Part shown: positions 18,359 through 27,625 of the stretch, in pieces | Position numbering within the stretch: the first letter of the stretch is position 1 | Layout: each line of letters opens with the position of its first letter | Notes under the pieces: model-generated | Database searches by the model: none | What the model saw: the letters and a program-made list of their open reading frames with translations, nothing else | Told to the model about the DNA's origin: nothing | Position numbers and translations under genes: made by a program | IMG/VR virus record: IMGVR_UViG_3300034068_000566 | Location: 31,290 to 95,289 of that record | DNA length: 64,000 nt | Direction: 5' to 3' (one strand) | From: a virus

Positions 18359-19974
18359 TGTCAGATACAAACGATTATGTGATTGGTGCAAGAATTGATA
18401 AGGCAATTGCAGCCGACGACACATTTGAAAAACAAGATCCATTTAATAAATCTTGGGATGATTTAAAAAACCTTAGCGGTTTAGATAATAACTTTAAACG
18501 TCGAAGCTCTCGTGTAGTCAAATCATTAGAGACAGATTTATCTAAAGTTGACGCATCACAAGGATATATTGATGCAGCTCGTGCTGTTAGCTCTGGTATT
18601 AACGGGGCACAATCAAAAGAGATAAATCCTGGATTAATTTATCGCAATGGATACGGACTATTTGATGTAATTACTCCACCTTGGAATATGTATGAGCTTG
18701 CTAATTTTTATGATACTTCATTTGCCAATCATGCTGCTATAGACGCAAAGGTAGAAAATATAGTTGGTCTAGGATATGACTTTGAAGTATCCCCAAGAAC
18801 AATGTTAAAGCTTGAGTCTTCTTCAGATGCAGCCTCAATAGATCGTGCAAGAAAACGAATTGAAAGAGCAAAGATTGAAGTTAGAGACTGGTTAGAAAGT
18901 CTAAATAGCGATGACTCTTTTACAACATCTATGGAAAAGGTTGAGACAGATCTACAAGCAACGGGTAATGGTTACCTTGAAGTCGGCAGAACCGTAAAAG
19001 GAGAAATTGGCTACATTGGTCACATTCCTTCTACAACGGTTCGAGTTCGCAGACTGCGTGATGGTTTTGTTCAGGTAATTGCAAACAAGGTTGTCTACTT
19101 CCGTAACTTTGGAGCAACAAATCCAAACCCATTAGGCACTGACGCTAGACCAAATGAGATTATTCACTTTAAACAATACTCACCGCTAAACACTTTTTAT
19201 GGTGTTCCAGATATTATTTCGGCTATCAATTCTTTATATGGTGATAGCCTTGCTTCTCAATACAACATTGACTACTTCCAAAACAAAGCTGTTCCAAGAT
19301 ATGTCGTGACTCTAAAAGGTGCAAAGCTTTCCTCAGATGCAGAAGACAAAATGTTTAGATTCCTTCAAACTGGGCTTAAGGGTCAATCACATAGAACCCT
19401 TTACATTCCACTTCCAGGAGATTCAGAAACCAACAAGGTTGAGTTCAAAATGGAGCCAATTGAAAACGGCGTTCAAGAAGGATCATTTGAAAAGTATCGC
19501 AAACAAAACCGTGATGATATTCTAATAGCTCATCAAGTTCCTTTGTCTAAGTTAGGTGGCAGCGACGCCTCTGGCATTGCAGCAGCACTTTCTCAAGACA
19601 GAACATTTAAAGAGCAGGTAGCAAGACCAGCACAAGATAAATTAAACAAAATGATTAGCAAGATTATTCGTGAAAAAACAGACATCCTAGACTTTAAGTT
19701 TAACGAGCTTACTCTAACTGATGAGATCACACAGTCTCAAATTCTTGAGAGATATGTTAAGACTCAAATTATGGTTCCAAATGAAGCTCGTACAATTTTG
19801 GGTATGCCACAAAGAGATGGTGGAGACGAACCTTTAGAGATGAAGCCAGAACAAGCAGCAGATGCTACTGCCAATAGAGCAAGAGATTCACAAAGAACCA
19901 ACAATAATTCTGACAGCCCGTCAACTGTTGCTGGAAGAAACCCAAAAGGCGAAGGCCGTAAATTTGATGAATAA
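18358..19974 (+). CDS. Portal protein
   Basis: DLQATGNGYLEV.R, EIIHFK..SP..FYGVP, YFQNKAVP, ILIAHQVP, MVPNEAR..LG. Confidence 0.93.
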   Translation: MSDTNDYVIGARIDKAIAADDTFEKQDPFNKSWDDLKNLSGLDNNFKRRSSRVVKSLETDLSKVDASQGYIDAARAVSSGINGAQSKEINPGLIYRNGYGLFDVITPPWNMYELANFYDTSFANHAAIDAKVENIVGLGYDFEVSPRTMLKLESSSDAASIDRARKRIERAKIEVRDWLESLNSDDSFTTSMEKVETDLQATGNGYLEVGRTVKGEIGYIGHIPSTTVRVRRLRDGFVQVIANKVVYFRNFGATNPNPLGTDARPNEIIHFKQYSPLNTFYGVPDIISAINSLYGDSLASQYNIDYFQNKAVPRYVVTLKGAKLSSDAEDKMFRFLQTGLKGQSHRTLYIPLPGDSETNKVEFKMEPIENGVQEGSFEKYRKQNRDDILIAHQVPLSKLGGSDASGIAAALSQDRTFKEQVARPAQDKLNKMISKIIREKTDILDFKFNELTLTDEITQSQILERYVKTQIMVPNEARTILGMPQRDGGDEPLEMKPEQAADATANRARDSQRTNNNSDSPSTVAGRNPKGEGRKFDE

Positions 19975-20019
19975 GCATGGTTTTTAAATAAACGAATAAA
20001 AAGGGATTATAATATAATA

Positions 20020-21405
20020 GTGAATAGTATATCAAAAGCCCACTGGGATACAGATGGGGAAAATGTTCGTCTATCAATGCCACTTACTAAGGTTGATAAG
20101 GAACGACGCATCGTTTCAGGCTTTGCATCACTAGATAATGTTGATAAACAAGATGACATCGTAACAGCAGAAGCATCAATGGATGCCTTTGCAAAGTTTC
20201 GTGGGAATATTAGAGAAATGCATCAACCTTTAGCAGTAGGCAAAATGGTATCCTTTAAATCAGATAAGTACTTCGATCCAGAAACAAAGAAATTCTATAA
20301 TGGAGTTTTTGTCTCTGCCTATGTTTCTAAGGGCGCACAAGATACTTGGGAAAAGGTTCTTGACGGAACCCTACAAGGTTTTTCAATTGGCGGAAGAATG
20401 AACAAGTGGGATGACGCATATGATGAGAAAGCAGATAAGACAATTAGAGTTATTAAGCAATATGATTTGGTAGAGTTGAGCCTTGTTGATTCCCCTGCTA
20501 ATCAGTTTGCAAACATTGTATCTGTTGAAAAAGTAGATGGCGTAGATGTTATTAAGGGCGATGAGACATTGCTCGAAAATGTATTTTGGGACAAAGAGTC
20601 TGGCCTTGTAATGGTTTCAGAAAATGAATCTGAGACAAGCCCAGTCAATGGCAATGAGATGTCAAATATAGGTTTCGTTGAAAAAACGGATAATGAAAAA
20701 ACAAACATGATAAAGTTCTTAGTTGATAGTGCTAAAGGCATTAATACTTCTAAGATTAACAAGGAGGCAAATCCTATGGCAAAAACAACAAAAAACGTAA
20801 CAGAAGAAATCGTTGAGAAATCAGAAGTTGCAGTTGAAGCAGTAGAGGTCGCTCCAGAGGCAGTTGCAGTTGCGGAAGCAACAGAAGCAGTCGAAGCAGC
20901 AGTAGCAAAATCTGATACAGAGAAGGCAGTAATGCCATCTAATGGTAAAGAAGATGCTGAAGAAGATGCAGAAGAATCAACAGAAAAAGCTGAAAAGCCA
21001 ATGACTGATGAAGAAATTGCAGCTGCTAAAGAGGCTGAGGCAATGAAGCCAATGGCTCCTAAGTCAGATGAAGTTGCTGCAGATGCAGACAACTCTGTCG
21101 ATCTTAACCAAGCCTTTAGCGATCTAGTATCAACAGTCAAATCTTTACAAGCAGAAGTAGAACTTCTTAAGTCTTCAAAGGTAGATGTAGATGAAGTAAA
21201 AAACTCATTTGAAGCGGTAGCAAAAGATATTGCAGCAGCATCAAATGTATTCAATGAATTTGGTAAGAGAGTAGATGCTGTAGAAGCAGATACTGCTTTC
21301 CGAAAGTCTGGCGATCTCGGCGAGATAGTACAGAATCAACCTGAAACGGTTGAAAAATCCCTATGGGGCGGTAGTTTCCTCAAAACAGCCGACTTATTCA
21401 ATTAA
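20020..21405 (+). CDS. Prohead (HK97-type) protease fused to an acidic/coiled-coil scaffold domain
   Basis: RIVSGFAS.DNVDKQDD, REMH, GFSIGG, ELSLVDSPANQ; Glu/Ala-rich C-half. Confidence 0.9.
   Translation: MNSISKAHWDTDGENVRLSMPLTKVDKERRIVSGFASLDNVDKQDDIVTAEASMDAFAKFRGNIREMHQPLAVGKMVSFKSDKYFDPETKKFYNGVFVSAYVSKGAQDTWEKVLDGTLQGFSIGGRMNKWDDAYDEKADKTIRVIKQYDLVELSLVDSPANQFANIVSVEKVDGVDVIKGDETLLENVFWDKESGLVMVSENESETSPVNGNEMSNIGFVEKTDNEKTNMIKFLVDSAKGINTSKINKEANPMAKTTKNVTEEIVEKSEVAVEAVEVAPEAVAVAEATEAVEAAVAKSDTEKAVMPSNGKEDAEEDAEESTEKAEKPMTDEEIAAAKEAEAMKPMAPKSDEVAADADNSVDLNQAFSDLVSTVKSLQAEVELLKSSKVDVDEVKNSFEAVAKDIAAASNVFNEFGKRVDAVEADTAFRKSGDLGEIVQNQPETVEKSLWGGSFLKTADLFN
20776..21405 (+). CDS. Nested in-frame scaffolding protein (internal start)
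   Basis: AAGGAGG at 20761-20767, 8 nt before an in-frame ATG (codon 253) at the protease/scaffold boundary. Confidence 0.6.
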   Translation: MAKTTKNVTEEIVEKSEVAVEAVEVAPEAVAVAEATEAVEAAVAKSDTEKAVMPSNGKEDAEEDAEESTEKAEKPMTDEEIAAAKEAEAMKPMAPKSDEVAADADNSVDLNQAFSDLVSTVKSLQAEVELLKSSKVDVDEVKNSFEAVAKDIAAASNVFNEFGKRVDAVEADTAFRKSGDLGEIVQNQPETVEKSLWGGSFLKTADLFN

Positions 21406-21441
21406 AAAATCGATAAGTAAAAATCACTAGGAGGTGACAAT

Positions 21442-22590
21442 ATGTCGGAACAAAATATAGAAAAGAACCAGCCAGGTACTTCAGGTAACATTGGCGGAAC
21501 AACTCCAGGACTCTATCAGGGTCAGGGAGCATTTGCATCAGGTTCAGATGCAGCAGTTAACACACCAGGCAATTACACTGATGGCGGAGTATTAAACAAT
21601 ATCCCAACAGCACTATCAGGTATTACATCAGGTGCCAACGCAGTAAACCCTTCAGGTGAGGCTGGATCAGGTATCCTACGCCCAGAGCAAGCACGTCGTT
21701 TTATTGACTACGTGTGGGATGCAACCATTCTCGCCCAAGATGGCCGTCGTGTTACTATGAGAGCCAACACAATGGAACTCGAAAAGGTAAACGTCGGAGA
21801 GCGTGTAATTCGTTCTGCAACACAATCACTCGGAGAGTACACAAACGCTGGAGCAACTTTTACAAAGGTTGAATTGACTACAAAGAAGATTCGTCTTGAC
21901 TGGGAAGTAACTTCAGAAGCACTAGAAGATAACATCGAAGGTGCAGCACTTGAAGATCACATCGTTCGTCTTATGACAAACGCATTCGGTAATGACATTG
22001 AAGACCTTGCCATTAATGGTGTAGGTTCAGGCAGCGATGCTTTCCTTGGAATTATGGAAGGCTTTGTTAATAAGGTCAAAACAGAGGGTGATGCTCATGA
22101 GTCAGTTGTAACAGTCGCTAATAACGCCTGGACAACAGATGTAATGCAAGACATCATTCTAGCAATGCCACGCAAGTATCGTGCTATCAAGTCTAACTTG
22201 AAGTTCTATGCTGGTACAGATGCATTCCAGGGAATCGTTAAGAATAACGGTACTCTAGCAGACGCAGTTGCTGAAGCATTTGCTTCACAAGCTGGCGGAA
22301 CTCCAACTAATCGTCAAGCATACCTTGATGGTGGAGCACAGACATTCGGCGGAGCACGTACAACACGTGTTCTTGGAATTGACGTACAAGAAGTTCCTTA
22401 CTACCCTGCAGGATATATCGACTTGACATTCCCACAGAACCGTGTATGGGGATTCCAGCGTGACATCACTGTTAACCGTGAATACAAGCCAAAGAAGGAC
22501 ACTGTAGAATACACAGTCTTCGTTCGCTTCGGTATTACATGGGAAGAGCAAGATGCTATCGCATATGCTGATGCTGCATCAGATTCATAA
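21442..22590 (+). CDS. Major capsid protein (HK97 fold)
   Basis: GILRPEQARRFID, VELTTKKIRLDWEVTSEALEDNIEG, FGNDIEDLAING; strong GGAGGT RBS; highly biased codons. Confidence 0.92.
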   Translation: MSEQNIEKNQPGTSGNIGGTTPGLYQGQGAFASGSDAAVNTPGNYTDGGVLNNIPTALSGITSGANAVNPSGEAGSGILRPEQARRFIDYVWDATILAQDGRRVTMRANTMELEKVNVGERVIRSATQSLGEYTNAGATFTKVELTTKKIRLDWEVTSEALEDNIEGAALEDHIVRLMTNAFGNDIEDLAINGVGSGSDAFLGIMEGFVNKVKTEGDAHESVVTVANNAWTTDVMQDIILAMPRKYRAIKSNLKFYAGTDAFQGIVKNNGTLADAVAEAFASQAGGTPTNRQAYLDGGAQTFGGARTTRVLGIDVQEVPYYPAGYIDLTFPQNRVWGFQRDITVNREYKPKKDTVEYTVFVRFGITWEEQDAIAYADAASDS

Positions 22591-22612
22591 TCTGTAAACA
22601 GTAAAATTTTAG

Positions 22613-22646
22613 GGGGAGTAGGAGTTAATTCTCTTACTCCCCTTAT
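22613..22646 (+). terminator. Stem-loop after capsid gene
   Basis: GGGGAGTAGGAG-ttaatt-CTCTTACTCCCC followed by TTAT. Confidence 0.75.
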
Positions 22647-22683
22647 TAACTTATAATGATATAATACTATTTAGGAGGAAATA

Positions 22684-23106
22684 ATGGAAAATATAAATGA
22701 AAACTCAACTGTAGAAGAAAATATTGAAACTCCAGTTGTTGAAGAAACACCAGAGGTTGCTGAAACCCCTGTAGTAGAAGCACCAGTTGTTGAACAAGAA
22801 CCAACAGCAATTGATACATCAGATTTTGGGAAATCAACTTCTGAGGTACAAGCAGTTGGTCAAGTAGATAATGGTGCAATTGGAGTTACAGCAGCACCAG
22901 TAGCACCTAAGCAATCCAAGAAGTCAAAGATGGATGCAGAAGAAAAAGTTGCTATTAGATCAACAAAAAATGTTTCTTGGTCAGAAGTTGGTAAAGTCTA
23001 TGTTGGTATCAACATTGTGCCAGCATCTGCAGCTGAAAAATGGCTAACTAGATCACACATTTCACTTGCTACACCAGAAGAAGTTGCCAAGGAATTTGGT
23101 AAGTAA
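22684..23106 (+). CDS. Hypothetical protein (acidic N-terminus), head module
   Basis: AGGAGG RBS and TGATATAAT promoter at 22657-22665. Confidence 0.75.
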   Translation: MENINENSTVEENIETPVVEETPEVAETPVVEAPVVEQEPTAIDTSDFGKSTSEVQAVGQVDNGAIGVTAAPVAPKQSKKSKMDAEEKVAIRSTKNVSWSEVGKVYVGINIVPASAAEKWLTRSHISLATPEEVAKEFGK

Positions 23107-23109
23107 TTC

Positions 23110-24024
23110 ATGGAAATATTGAGGGTTCCGCCATATGATGATATTCTTGTAAATTTTGTTGTCCCAGCAGGGTATACCGATGCAGACATCTACGCAAGAG
23201 TAACAGATATGGCGGATCTTTCAGTCCAAGATTTAGAGTTTTTAGAATGGTCTACAGGAGATAATATAAATATATATCTCCCTGGAAGATACGACAACGA
23301 CTATAGAGTTGAAATTTTTACAATTGGTGAGGGTGAAGAATTAATTCACGAAGAATATTATGAACTAATAAGACCATATGTAAACCCAAACACATTAGGA
23401 ACAACAGCATCTGAGATTACTGAGTATACAACATTAGAATTAGTAGCCAGATCAATTATTGATACTTTTGTCACAGAAGGTTTTTATAATAAAAAAATAA
23501 CAGTGGTAGGTACTGGAAATGGAACAGACTACTTTCCTTTGTGGAACAGAGTTTATAGAGTATTTAAAGTATATGAGAATAACGAACTATCTTATGACAA
23601 ATCAACTCCAGATACTAATGAATATGAATACATAATTACAGCAGATAAAACAGCTATACAAAAAGTAGTATCTGGTGGATTAAATAGATATGAATCTACT
23701 GGTCCAAATCTTATTTCTGCAAGAGGAGATCTTGGATACTACGGGTATGACGGTGTTGGATTTCCACAAGGGTATGATTATACTTTTGTTGTTGACCAAG
23801 GATATTTAACAGTTCCAGCGGACATTGAGTATGCCTCAAAACTTTTGATTGAAGATTTAAAGTGTGGCAAGTTAGATTACTATAAGAGATACGTCACAGC
23901 ATACAACACAGACCAATTTAGAATTCAATTTGATAAAACAATGTTTGATGGTACTGGTAACTTCTTGGTAGATAGGATACTGGATAAATATATTAAAACC
24001 ATTACCAAACCAGGGATAATTTAA
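23110..24024 (+). CDS. Head-tail adaptor protein
   Basis: Position; ARSIIDTF...GYLTVPADIEYAS...TGNFLVDRILDKY adaptor-type motifs. Confidence 0.7.
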   Translation: MEILRVPPYDDILVNFVVPAGYTDADIYARVTDMADLSVQDLEFLEWSTGDNINIYLPGRYDNDYRVEIFTIGEGEELIHEEYYELIRPYVNPNTLGTTASEITEYTTLELVARSIIDTFVTEGFYNKKITVVGTGNGTDYFPLWNRVYRVFKVYENNELSYDKSTPDTNEYEYIITADKTAIQKVVSGGLNRYESTGPNLISARGDLGYYGYDGVGFPQGYDYTFVVDQGYLTVPADIEYASKLLIEDLKCGKLDYYKRYVTAYNTDQFRIQFDKTMFDGTGNFLVDRILDKYIKTITKPGII

Positions 24025-24470
24025 TGATATGCGAAGAGCCAGATTTTATATTCCCCATGCAAGCAGATGTCTACTATCCAATTGTTGAGCAAGGCGCATA
24101 TGGTAATGTTAAGAAGCAGTGGATTTTAGATAAAACAATTGCAGGTAGCTTTGCCTCAGCTGGTTCTGCATTTAAAGAAGAAGTAACTCCTAATGTAAAT
24201 ATAACCCAAGAATCACTATTGCTTGGAAGAGTAAAAACTGATATTAGAGTTTCAAGCAAAGATTCTAGAAACTCAATTACAAACATAGTTGTTACAAATA
24301 TTCGTGATAAAAACTGTAATGAAATTTACACCGAAACCTCTGGTCCAAGATCTGGAAAGCCAACAATATTTGAAGTAGCCACAGTAGAGCCTTTTGTAGG
24401 TCCATTTGGTGGAGTAGAGTATTATAAAATTGTTATACGCCGTTCTGAGAATCAGGCGGTAGACCTATGA
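24024..24470 (+). CDS. Head closure/stopper protein
   Basis: Position, size and beta-rich sequence. Confidence 0.55.
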   Translation: MICEEPDFIFPMQADVYYPIVEQGAYGNVKKQWILDKTIAGSFASAGSAFKEEVTPNVNITQESLLLGRVKTDIRVSSKDSRNSITNIVVTNIRDKNCNEIYTETSGPRSGKPTIFEVATVEPFVGPFGGVEYYKIVIRRSENQAVDL

Positions 24471-25138
24471 AAATGAACATAGACTCTAGAGCATTTAGAA
24501 AAGACATGAACAACATTGTTCAATATTCTTTTGGTTTTTTAGAAGGAGCACAAAAAGGTAAAACAGTTATGTACAGAACCCTTGGAGCAGGGGTATCAAA
24601 AATAATGTATGAGTATATTGATAGTAATGCCAGAGTAAGTCCAGCTACGCTACACCATGTATATGAGTGGTCAGAAATTGGAACACCACAAGGCCGTCTA
24701 TTTGACATAGATTTTACTATTAGCAATCTAGGCCTTACCTTTAAAACCAATCTACAGCAGTCTACATCTATTAAAAATGGTTCTAGAGTTCCATTCTATG
24801 ACAAAGCAAAGATTATGGAAAACGGAATTGCTGTAACTATTACTCCTAAAAAAGCAGAAGCCTTAAGGTTTGAAATAGGTGGAGAAGAAATTTTTACTAA
24901 AGAGCCAGTAACAGTTTTAAATCCTGGAGGAGAAACACAGGGTAAGTTTGAGCAGGTTATTGATACATTCTTTAATTTATATTTTAGACAATCATTTTTA
25001 AGAATAAGTGGGCTAGAGTCACACTTTAATAATCCATCCGTATATAGAAAAAATTTACAGAGTGGAAAAAAGCAAGGAAGATCTGCTGGAATTAAAACAG
25101 GGTTTCAGTGGGTCGCTAGTGCGGGAGTTGGTATGTAA
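24467..25138 (+). CDS. Neck/tail completion protein
   Basis: Position between closure and terminator genes; overlapping start. Confidence 0.5.
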   Translation: MKMNIDSRAFRKDMNNIVQYSFGFLEGAQKGKTVMYRTLGAGVSKIMYEYIDSNARVSPATLHHVYEWSEIGTPQGRLFDIDFTISNLGLTFKTNLQQSTSIKNGSRVPFYDKAKIMENGIAVTITPKKAEALRFEIGGEEIFTKEPVTVLNPGGETQGKFEQVIDTFFNLYFRQSFLRISGLESHFNNPSVYRKNLQSGKKQGRSAGIKTGFQWVASAGVGM

Positions 25139-25719
25139 TGGCAAACGATAGTTTATTAAATACTCCAGTTTTATGGATTAACAAATATCTACAAAGTAAG
25201 ATTGAGTTACTTACTGACATAGAAACGCCATTTTTCCCATCAACCCCATCAACAATAAATGATTTAACTCAATACTTTCCTGATGGTGGAGTCATGGCTA
25301 CATGGGACAGATTAATTAAAATGAATAAAAAAGGCTTTCCTCATATTAAGTGTGAGCAGCTGCTTTATTATTTTTATGCTACTGCAGAGAACAGTGTAGA
25401 GAATATGATACAAATTCAAGAGTCAGTATTAAGACTAATGGACAGGTTTGATGAAACTGCAGAAGAGATTAACGCATGGTGTGCAAATAGAAGCATAAAC
25501 ATTGGAACAACACAATCTCCAGAGATAATTGACAACCAATTCTATTTCCACAACTTTAAAGTCTATCAGCTGGAAGAAACCAGAGACATCATTGATTTTG
25601 GAACAGCTCGTACATACGGTGGAAATAAGATAATCATTGATTTTGATTATCATCAAATGCCAGATTTAATTAACACAGAAGGACCCGAAAGCCGTTTGGC
25701 TACTAAAATAATTATATAA
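25138..25719 (+). CDS. Tail terminator-like protein
   Basis: Immediately upstream of the major tail gene. Confidence 0.5.
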   Translation: MANDSLLNTPVLWINKYLQSKIELLTDIETPFFPSTPSTINDLTQYFPDGGVMATWDRLIKMNKKGFPHIKCEQLLYYFYATAENSVENMIQIQESVLRLMDRFDETAEEINAWCANRSINIGTTQSPEIIDNQFYFHNFKVYQLEETRDIIDFGTARTYGGNKIIIDFDYHQMPDLINTEGPESRLATKIII

Positions 25720-25787
25720 AACCCGTGTTATACTTTATATGAGGAAACACGCCCACAATTTAATACAATCGAAAGAGGTGGAAAATT

Positions 25788-26459
25788 ATGGCATATTCAA
25801 GAGGCGACAGTACTAACATTATCGTTGGTGCAGCAGCACTTTTTACATACAATGACGGCATCCTAACTGATGCTGATCTTCCAGCGTATGCAGATGGAAA
25901 ATCTTTTAAGGATTCTCTATCTGGTTATTCAGGCCAAGTTGCAGGAGATGCTGCAAAAGCAGCAAACTTCCGTAACGTTGGTTACACAATGAATGGTTTG
26001 GAAATTCAATTCCAGCCAGATTTCGGCGAAGTTGCCGTAGATCAGGTTCTTGACGTAGCAAAGTTGTTCAAGCAAGGTATGCAGGTTAACCTAAATACCA
26101 CATTTGCTGAGTCAACATTAGAAAATCTTTTGTTTGCAATCGCAGGCAAGGGTGACGAATCAGCTAACCCAGATCTAACAACAGTTTCAGGAAATCCAAC
26201 ACTCAACCTTTCAGCAGGAGACATCGGAGAATGTCCAGTTGAGCGTGGTTTGGTAGCAGTAGGTCCAGGTACAGGTGACTGTGCAATTGGTTCAGAGTTG
26301 GAAAGAATTTATGTTGCATACCGTGCACTCTCAATTGAGAATGTTTCAGTATCAGCAAAGCGTGATGAAGCAACAATGTTTGAGGTTTCATTCCGTCTAC
26401 TTCCAAATGATGATGCATCATACGGTAAAATCGTAGATCGCACTATTCCAGAAGCATAA
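25788..26459 (+). CDS. Major tail (tube) protein
   Basis: NIIVGAA, NVGYTMNGL, VDQVLD, TTFAESTLENL, FEVSFRLLP; GAGGTGG RBS; TGTTATACT promoter at 25726. Confidence 0.85.
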   Translation: MAYSRGDSTNIIVGAAALFTYNDGILTDADLPAYADGKSFKDSLSGYSGQVAGDAAKAANFRNVGYTMNGLEIQFQPDFGEVAVDQVLDVAKLFKQGMQVNLNTTFAESTLENLLFAIAGKGDESANPDLTTVSGNPTLNLSAGDIGECPVERGLVAVGPGTGDCAIGSELERIYVAYRALSIENVSVSAKRDEATMFEVSFRLLPNDDASYGKIVDRTIPEA

Positions 26460-26479
26460 TACAACTTAATAATACAGGG

Positions 26480-26517
26480 TTGCCCTTCATCTTCGGATGC
26501 GGGGCAATTTTGTTTTT
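26480..26517 (+). terminator. Rho-independent terminator with cUUCGg loop
   Basis: TTGCCCTTCATC-TTCG-GATGCGGGGCAA followed by TTTTGTTTTT. Confidence 0.8.
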
Positions 26518-26531
26518 GGTATACTGTATTA

Positions 26532-27218
26532 ATGGCTACAAGAATATATAATAGTGAGTTGCTCTATTTAGTTGATGGAACACCCCTTTATATTACCCCA
26601 TTAAAAATAAAATATTTAAGACAATTTATGGTTGCTTTTGAAATTGTTAGAAAGTCTCAAGGGGATCAAGACACTATTGAAAATCTAGTAGAGTGTGCCA
26701 GAATTGCTATGCAACAATATATGCCAGAAATAAAGACGGTAGAGGATCTAGAAGACAACTTTGACCTTCCCACAATATATAAACTAATAGATATTGCAGC
26801 AGGGATTAAAGTAGATAAAGATTCAGAGCAAAGCGTTAAAGAGCAAGCAGTAGAAAGTGGATCTTCTTGGGAAACATTAGATTTAGCAAAGCTAGAGTCT
26901 GAGTTATTTTTGCTGGGTATCTGGAAAGACTACAATCAACTAGAAGAATCTTTGTCGATGCCAGAATTAATAGCAACCCTTGAAAGCAAAAGAGAGTCAA
27001 GATACGATGAACAGAAATTTTTAGCAGCAATGCAAGGTGTTGATCTTGACAAAGCAAGTAATAAGAGTACAGGCAATGCTTGGGAAGAATTAAAGGCTAG
27101 AGTTTATAGTGGCGGATCAGCAGCAAACTCAAAGGATGTTTTAGCGTTACAAGGAGCAAATGCACAAAAGGCTGGCTTTGGTATTGGTATGGGATTATCT
27201 TACGAAAGAATAGACTAA
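26532..27218 (+). CDS. Tail assembly chaperone, long (GT-like) form
   Basis: Between major tail and TMP; N-half paralogous to 27269-27595, extra C-terminal domain; leaderless TGGTATACT. Confidence 0.7.
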   Translation: MATRIYNSELLYLVDGTPLYITPLKIKYLRQFMVAFEIVRKSQGDQDTIENLVECARIAMQQYMPEIKTVEDLEDNFDLPTIYKLIDIAAGIKVDKDSEQSVKEQAVESGSSWETLDLAKLESELFLLGIWKDYNQLEESLSMPELIATLESKRESRYDEQKFLAAMQGVDLDKASNKSTGNAWEELKARVYSGGSAANSKDVLALQGANAQKAGFGIGMGLSYERID

Positions 27219-27268
27219 AAATAAGCCTGCCTATGGTATAATTAATCTACAACCACAGGAGGTTATAC

Positions 27269-27595
27269 ATGGCCACTAAGCCAATTGAAAAGAATGAGAT
27301 CGTCTTTATCGACGGAACAAAAATTGACGCACAGCCACTTAAGATTTCTCTACTTAGACCGTTTATGAAATCTTTTGAAGGACTAACAGCAGTAGCAACA
27401 GATAATGAAAAATCAATGGACATCTTAATTAATTGTGTCCACATTGCAATGAAACAATATAAAGCAGACGCAGACTACTCTGTTGCTGATTTGGAAGATC
27501 TAATTGATCTGCCAACAGTATACAAGATCATTGAAGCAGCATCAGGAATCAATCTAAACGATTCAGCATTACTTGCACTTGCTTCACAAGAATAA
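27269..27595 (+). CDS. Tail assembly chaperone, short (G-like) form
   Basis: Directly before TMP; own TGGTATAAT (27234) and AGGAGG RBS. Confidence 0.75.
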   Translation: MATKPIEKNEIVFIDGTKIDAQPLKISLLRPFMKSFEGLTAVATDNEKSMDILINCVHIAMKQYKADADYSVADLEDLIDLPTVYKIIEAASGINLNDSALLALASQE

Positions 27596-27625
27596 AAAAA
27601 TAAAATAGGGGGTCATGGCGGTTAA

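Noticed and set aside
20502-21254. 250-aa antisense ORF and other minus-strand ORFs in the track
   Set aside because: Mirror frames of Ala/Glu/Thr-rich + strand genes; no RBS or recognisable motifs
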